Assembly: GCA_951406725.2 (NCBI GenBank)
Contig: OX597816.1
Span: 91,326,001 to 91,390,000 of the forward strand
Origin: Octopus vulgaris
Taxonomy: Eukaryota
Direction: 5' to 3'
DNA: 64,000 nt
The notes beneath the pieces are model-generated. The model did no database searches, had not been told where the DNA came from, and was given only the letters and a program-made list of their open reading frames with translations. The position numbers were made by a program, and so were the translations under genes. Of this stretch, positions 59,987 through 64,000 are shown piece by piece. Numbering within the stretch: the stretch's first letter is position 1; each line of letters opens with the position of its first letter.

Positions 59987-62350
59987 TAGGCCATTGGCTA
60001 GTGGGGGTCATGGTGCACCCTGCTTGTGATTTACTTTAATGAGTATATTCATGTAGCCCTGGGTCTAACAAGTCAGAAAATTGATGTTGCCTGCAAAAAA
60101 ACTGGGATGGAAGATACCTCACCATGGACTTTTTGACCACACCCACTTTTACAGCTGGAGGCAGAAAATTAGGGGAATGGAAAATTCTAACAGCTCTAAC
60201 TTTGCAACTCTTTGCCAAAATATTTCAAATGACCACTTAAAATGATTGCCTGGTCAAGATCTACAAGTTCATGCAAATGATAAATGAATTTATTTTGTAA
60301 AAATGTCACCAGAGGTTAAAAGGTCATGAACTTTGACCTTTATTTATAATACTTCACATTCACGGGTTTTATTTATCACTAACACCATAAAACGTTTTTT
60401 TTTTATTGAAAATTAATCCAAATGAAGGTTTACATGTGCTTTTTAATACCAGAAGTAAAAAAAAAAATTGAAAAGAAGTAATGTTTATGCTGTGGAATGT
60501 GAGATATTTCTGCATTTTTACATACTGTTTTGTATGTATTGCTGAATGTGTCAAATAGAAGTAAGGCAAAATCTAGCAAGTCTTTGGAATCTTTCCTTGA
60601 ATCATTGCAGATTACCACAGATGATATTTGAGTTGATCTATAAAATGAAGAATCAAATTATGCAAATATTTTCATCAAAGAGGTCATTGAAGTCAAAAGT
60701 AAACAAAAGTCGACCCTACCTACCGCCTTAGCAGTTTGTTATCCATGGTCATTATGAAATGTGCCATATAATTTTAATATTGAAACAAATGCCAGCTTGT
60801 ATGATACTTTCTATCTCTCAAGTTTAAACAAGATCCATTTGGAGTCTTGCAACAGTTACCTTCCTTCCTGGTTGGTACATATACAGAATTAAAACAATGG
60901 ATGTACCAGTTTGCTTTAAAGTTGAGTTAGAAATCTCAGCTGAGCACCCTTCAGATCATTAAAATTTGAATTAACACATTTCCAATAAGCATTTATCCAA
61001 ATTCTTGCCTAGGCGCAGGAGTGGCTGTGTGGTAAGTAGCTTGCTAACCAACCACATGGTTCTGGGTTCAGTCCCACTGCGTGGCATCTTGGGCAAGTGT
61101 CTTCTGCTATAGCCCCGGGCCAACCAATGCCTTGTGAGTGGATTTGGTAGACGGAAACTGAAAGAATCTTGTCGTATATATGTATATATATATATGTATG
61201 TGTGTATGTGTTTGTGTGTCTGTGTTTGTCTCCCTAGCATTGCTTGACAACCGATGCTGGTGTGTTTACGTCCCCATCACTTAGCAGTTTGGCAAAAGAG
61301 ACCGATAGAATAAGTACTGGGCTTACAAAGAATAAGTCCCGGGGTCGATTTGCTTGACTAAAGGTGGTGCTCCAGCATGGCCGCACTCAAATGACTGAAA
61401 CAAGTAAAAGAGTAAAGAGAGTAAGAGAGTTGTATCTTATTTTCACGACTGTTATATCTGTTCTTAGTTTCATTAACTCTGTAATGCATTGGACTTCATC
61501 CCGTCCACCTATGTCCCATAATTGTCAAAGATGACAACATTATTTGTAAACCATCTTTTACATTCAGGAGTCATTTCAAGTGTCCAATTAATAATCATCA
61601 CCATTACTTTCAGTATCACTGTCCGATTCTACTCTGTCAAGGAAATCCCTTTCACTAAGTTCACTGCCACTATCAGGGTCAGAATCTGATGCACAAGTTT
61701 CATCTTCAAATTCTTCTTCCAGAATATCCACCAACTGACGGGGCATCACTTCACCCTCTGCCCACTTCAGCTTCGTGATTCCAGCTTCCATTGTCCATCC
61801 ATGTCATTTGTCTGGTCTAGGCACTGAAGGCTTTGTAATGTTTGCAAGCTTCCATATCCTGGTCTGGAAGTTACTTTAGCGAACAGTTGCTCAAGGACGT
61901 TTCTACATGGGGGTAGTAAAGTGAGATTTAATAACTTAGATTTTGTGAAATCATCCTATGCCCCACACTTTGCTCACAAGGTTGTGAACCGCAATGTATT
62001 CACCTTTTTCATCTTTTTGTTACCATACAGCACACATATGAACCTCTCCAGTGCTTTCATCACCCCCTCGTCAACTTCATCTGTTTTAACGACTTTCAGT
62101 CCCTTCACTTTCCCCTCCCCTTTGAAAGCATTGGTACTATCGCACCCGGTGAAGGCATGATAACCCAGTCAGCTTGGTCACATTGATACAGCATTGTGTG
62201 TTGCCCTTTTCAGTTTTAAATGGAATTTGAAGTCCTTCCAGGAATCTAGCATGGTGAAGTAAGATGAAAAATATACCTGAATTGGGACTCTTCACACAAA
62301 TCTTATCTTGGTGAGAAGTTGCATATTTGTATATATGTTGTAACTCCTTT
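59987..62350 (-). mobile_element. Academ (XPG-domain type)-like DNA transposon remnant, interrupted by a SINE
   Basis: Minus strand HAFTGCDSTNAFKGEGKVK...LERFICVLYG...VNTLRF...LLPPC and acidic C-terminus (61588-62160); TAGGCCA-type end at 59987. Family assignment from recalled motifs. Confidence 0.55.
61011..61428 (+). mobile_element. tRNA-derived SINE, full length and young
   Basis: A-box-like tggctgtgtgg, B-box-like ggttcagtccc, internal (TA)/(TG) tract, (gagtaaaa)-type tail; many copies in window. Confidence 0.9.
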
Positions 62351-62571
62351 ACTTAAACTAACCATTAATTGTGGTTATCAATGGCTATGCAGTTATCTGC
62401 TATTTAAGTTGACAGAAGAAGGTAGGATGTTTAAACGTATATCCAAAGAGTTAGGGACTACAACTTGTTAGTTGAGCACCTAACCAATTCACATAATGCT
62501 CCAATAAAATGAAATGTGTGTCAATGTTTGCTGTATCTGATCCTTTGGTTATGAATTTTTTTTTTCAACAG

Positions 62572-62638
62572 GTTGCCTTTCTATGTTGATCACTCATCAC
62601 CAGACACAACTGAATGTCTTATAAGTGAAGATAAAGCC
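62572..62638 (+). CDS. WDR97: WDR97-like exon
   Basis: tttcaacag|LPFYVDHSSPDTTECLISEDKA|gtaagc; 67 nt, phase 2-0. Confidence 0.72.
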
Positions 62639-62858
62639 GTAAGCAATATGATTTTTGAAATCATTTTGAGTTCTGTTACAAAATGAGTCAATGTAATGAT
62701 TATCAAAGTAAAATATCTCCAAATTTTTTTCTCTTATGTTTCACAAAATTAAATTTAATTATTGGCTTAACTTGATATTTAGTTATGATATTTTACAATT
62801 AATATGACTAATGTTTCAACTTTAATTTCAAAGTTTTGGTATTTTTATTGACATGTAA

Positions 62859-63075
62859 CCCTTTAGCATTCACATTATTCTGTCAAATATAATGCTTATT
62901 TATTCAGTTGTTTTGTTTTAATCCAGCATTATCTCATAACTGAAATTTTGATGATGTGAATGTTTATTTTTAGATTGACTTTGTAGAGTAGGCGTGAGAG
63001 GCTAGATCTAGCCAGTTTGAACATAAAACAGGCATAATGTTTTGGCTGGATATGACTGGTTTAAATACTAAAGGG
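62859..63075. mobile_element. piggyBac-type MITE
   Basis: TIRs ccctttagcatt / aatactaaaggg; gTAA left, TTAA right; internal sequence also at 21420-21575 (-). Confidence 0.65.
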
Positions 63076-63577
63076 TTAAATATGTTTTTGGTGTGTAAAC
63101 CATGTAGTACTGCTTCAGTATGTGGTCTTGCTTCATGGTGTGGTATTGTCTTACTTCATGAAGCTGCATTATCATGTGTTACTATTTGACAATGTAATAC
63201 TGTTTCACAGTGTTTGACAATGTGGTACTATTTCCTTTACAATATAGCTTTGCTATATGGTACTTCCTCATAAACAATGCAGTTACTACTGCCATTGTGT
63301 TTTTTTTTTTACTTCTCATACAGCCCTCATCAAGCAAACCTATGATAAAAGCTGTTCAAGCCTTATCAGTTCATCTTTTTATTTTATGTATATCAGGGAT
63401 TATACAATTCTTTATTTATAATGGTGAGTTGTGGTTTGTGAGAGATTTGGCTATTTTTTTCTACTAATATGAAGTCTTTCTTCCTCATGAGTGATGAGTG
63501 AAATTTCTGTTTGATTTAAATGTTTAGAATCAGAATAATTATAATCAGATATGCATCAATAATTTTTAATACTTTAG

Positions 63578-63724
63578 GCACATCAAATGTTTAAGGAACG
63601 TAACAATGATCTTGAGACACTTCAGAGTGGGTCCACTCAGCAAAAGAAGAAAAATTTAAAAAATGTGAAGCGGACAGCATTTTTTAATTATATGAGAGTT
63701 ATAAACAAAGTTATTGCAGAACAG
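63578..63724 (+). CDS. WDR97: WDR97-like exon (gene continues beyond window)
   Basis: actttag|AHQMFKERNNDLETLQSG...AFFNYMRVINKVIAEQ|gttagt; 147 nt, phase 0-0. Confidence 0.8.
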
Positions 63725-64000
63725 GTTAGTTCACTTTAACTTTCATGCATTAACTATCAAAGAGAGAATGTCAACAATTAAGGTAGTTGATTAGCAACGT
63801 TGCTAGAAGTTTGGCTATAATGTTTGTAATTATCATTACAGCTGTGTTCAAAATCCACCGAGGTCAATTTTGCCTTTCATTCTTTTGGCAGTGATGTAGA
63901 AGATGGAGGTCAAATAAAGTACTAGTGAAGCACTGGAGTCAATTATCCTCTGTCTGTCTGTCTGTCTCTCTCTCTCTCACTTTCTTGAACAAATCATCTA

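Noticed and set aside
61011-61090. tRNA gene
   Set aside because: A/B boxes belong to a multicopy SINE head continuing into the SINE body; no intact cloverleaf seen.

Overview
AT-rich, microsatellite-laden animal DNA. The SINE/LINE repertoire resembles Octopus (inference). The + strand carries part of a large WD40-repeat gene matching WDR97: 16 GT-AG exons from 13467 to 63724 splice in phase into 734 uninterrupted codons, two weaker upstream exons are possible, and the gene continues past the window end. The introns are filled with RTE and BovB-like LINE pieces, CR1/L2-like remnants, several tRNA-derived SINE families, four non-autonomous Helitrons (TC...hairpin-CTAG, inserted at A^T), a Tc1 (D36E) remnant, Academ-like and hATm-like remnants and piggyBac-type MITEs. 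The most notable signal is a set of non-coding Penelope/retrozyme-like elements with minimal type I hammerhead-ribozyme folds. One is a 357-bp x2.5 tandem array with a 12-bp TSD that is truncated at its predicted self-cleavage site (50628-51631). A second family has a G3-C8 swapped catalytic core (13647-13970, 41381-41590). Several asymmetric fold-back insertions share this architecture. Family names and ribozyme folds come from reading by eye, not from searches or assays. Most ORF-track entries are microsatellite or repeat noise.
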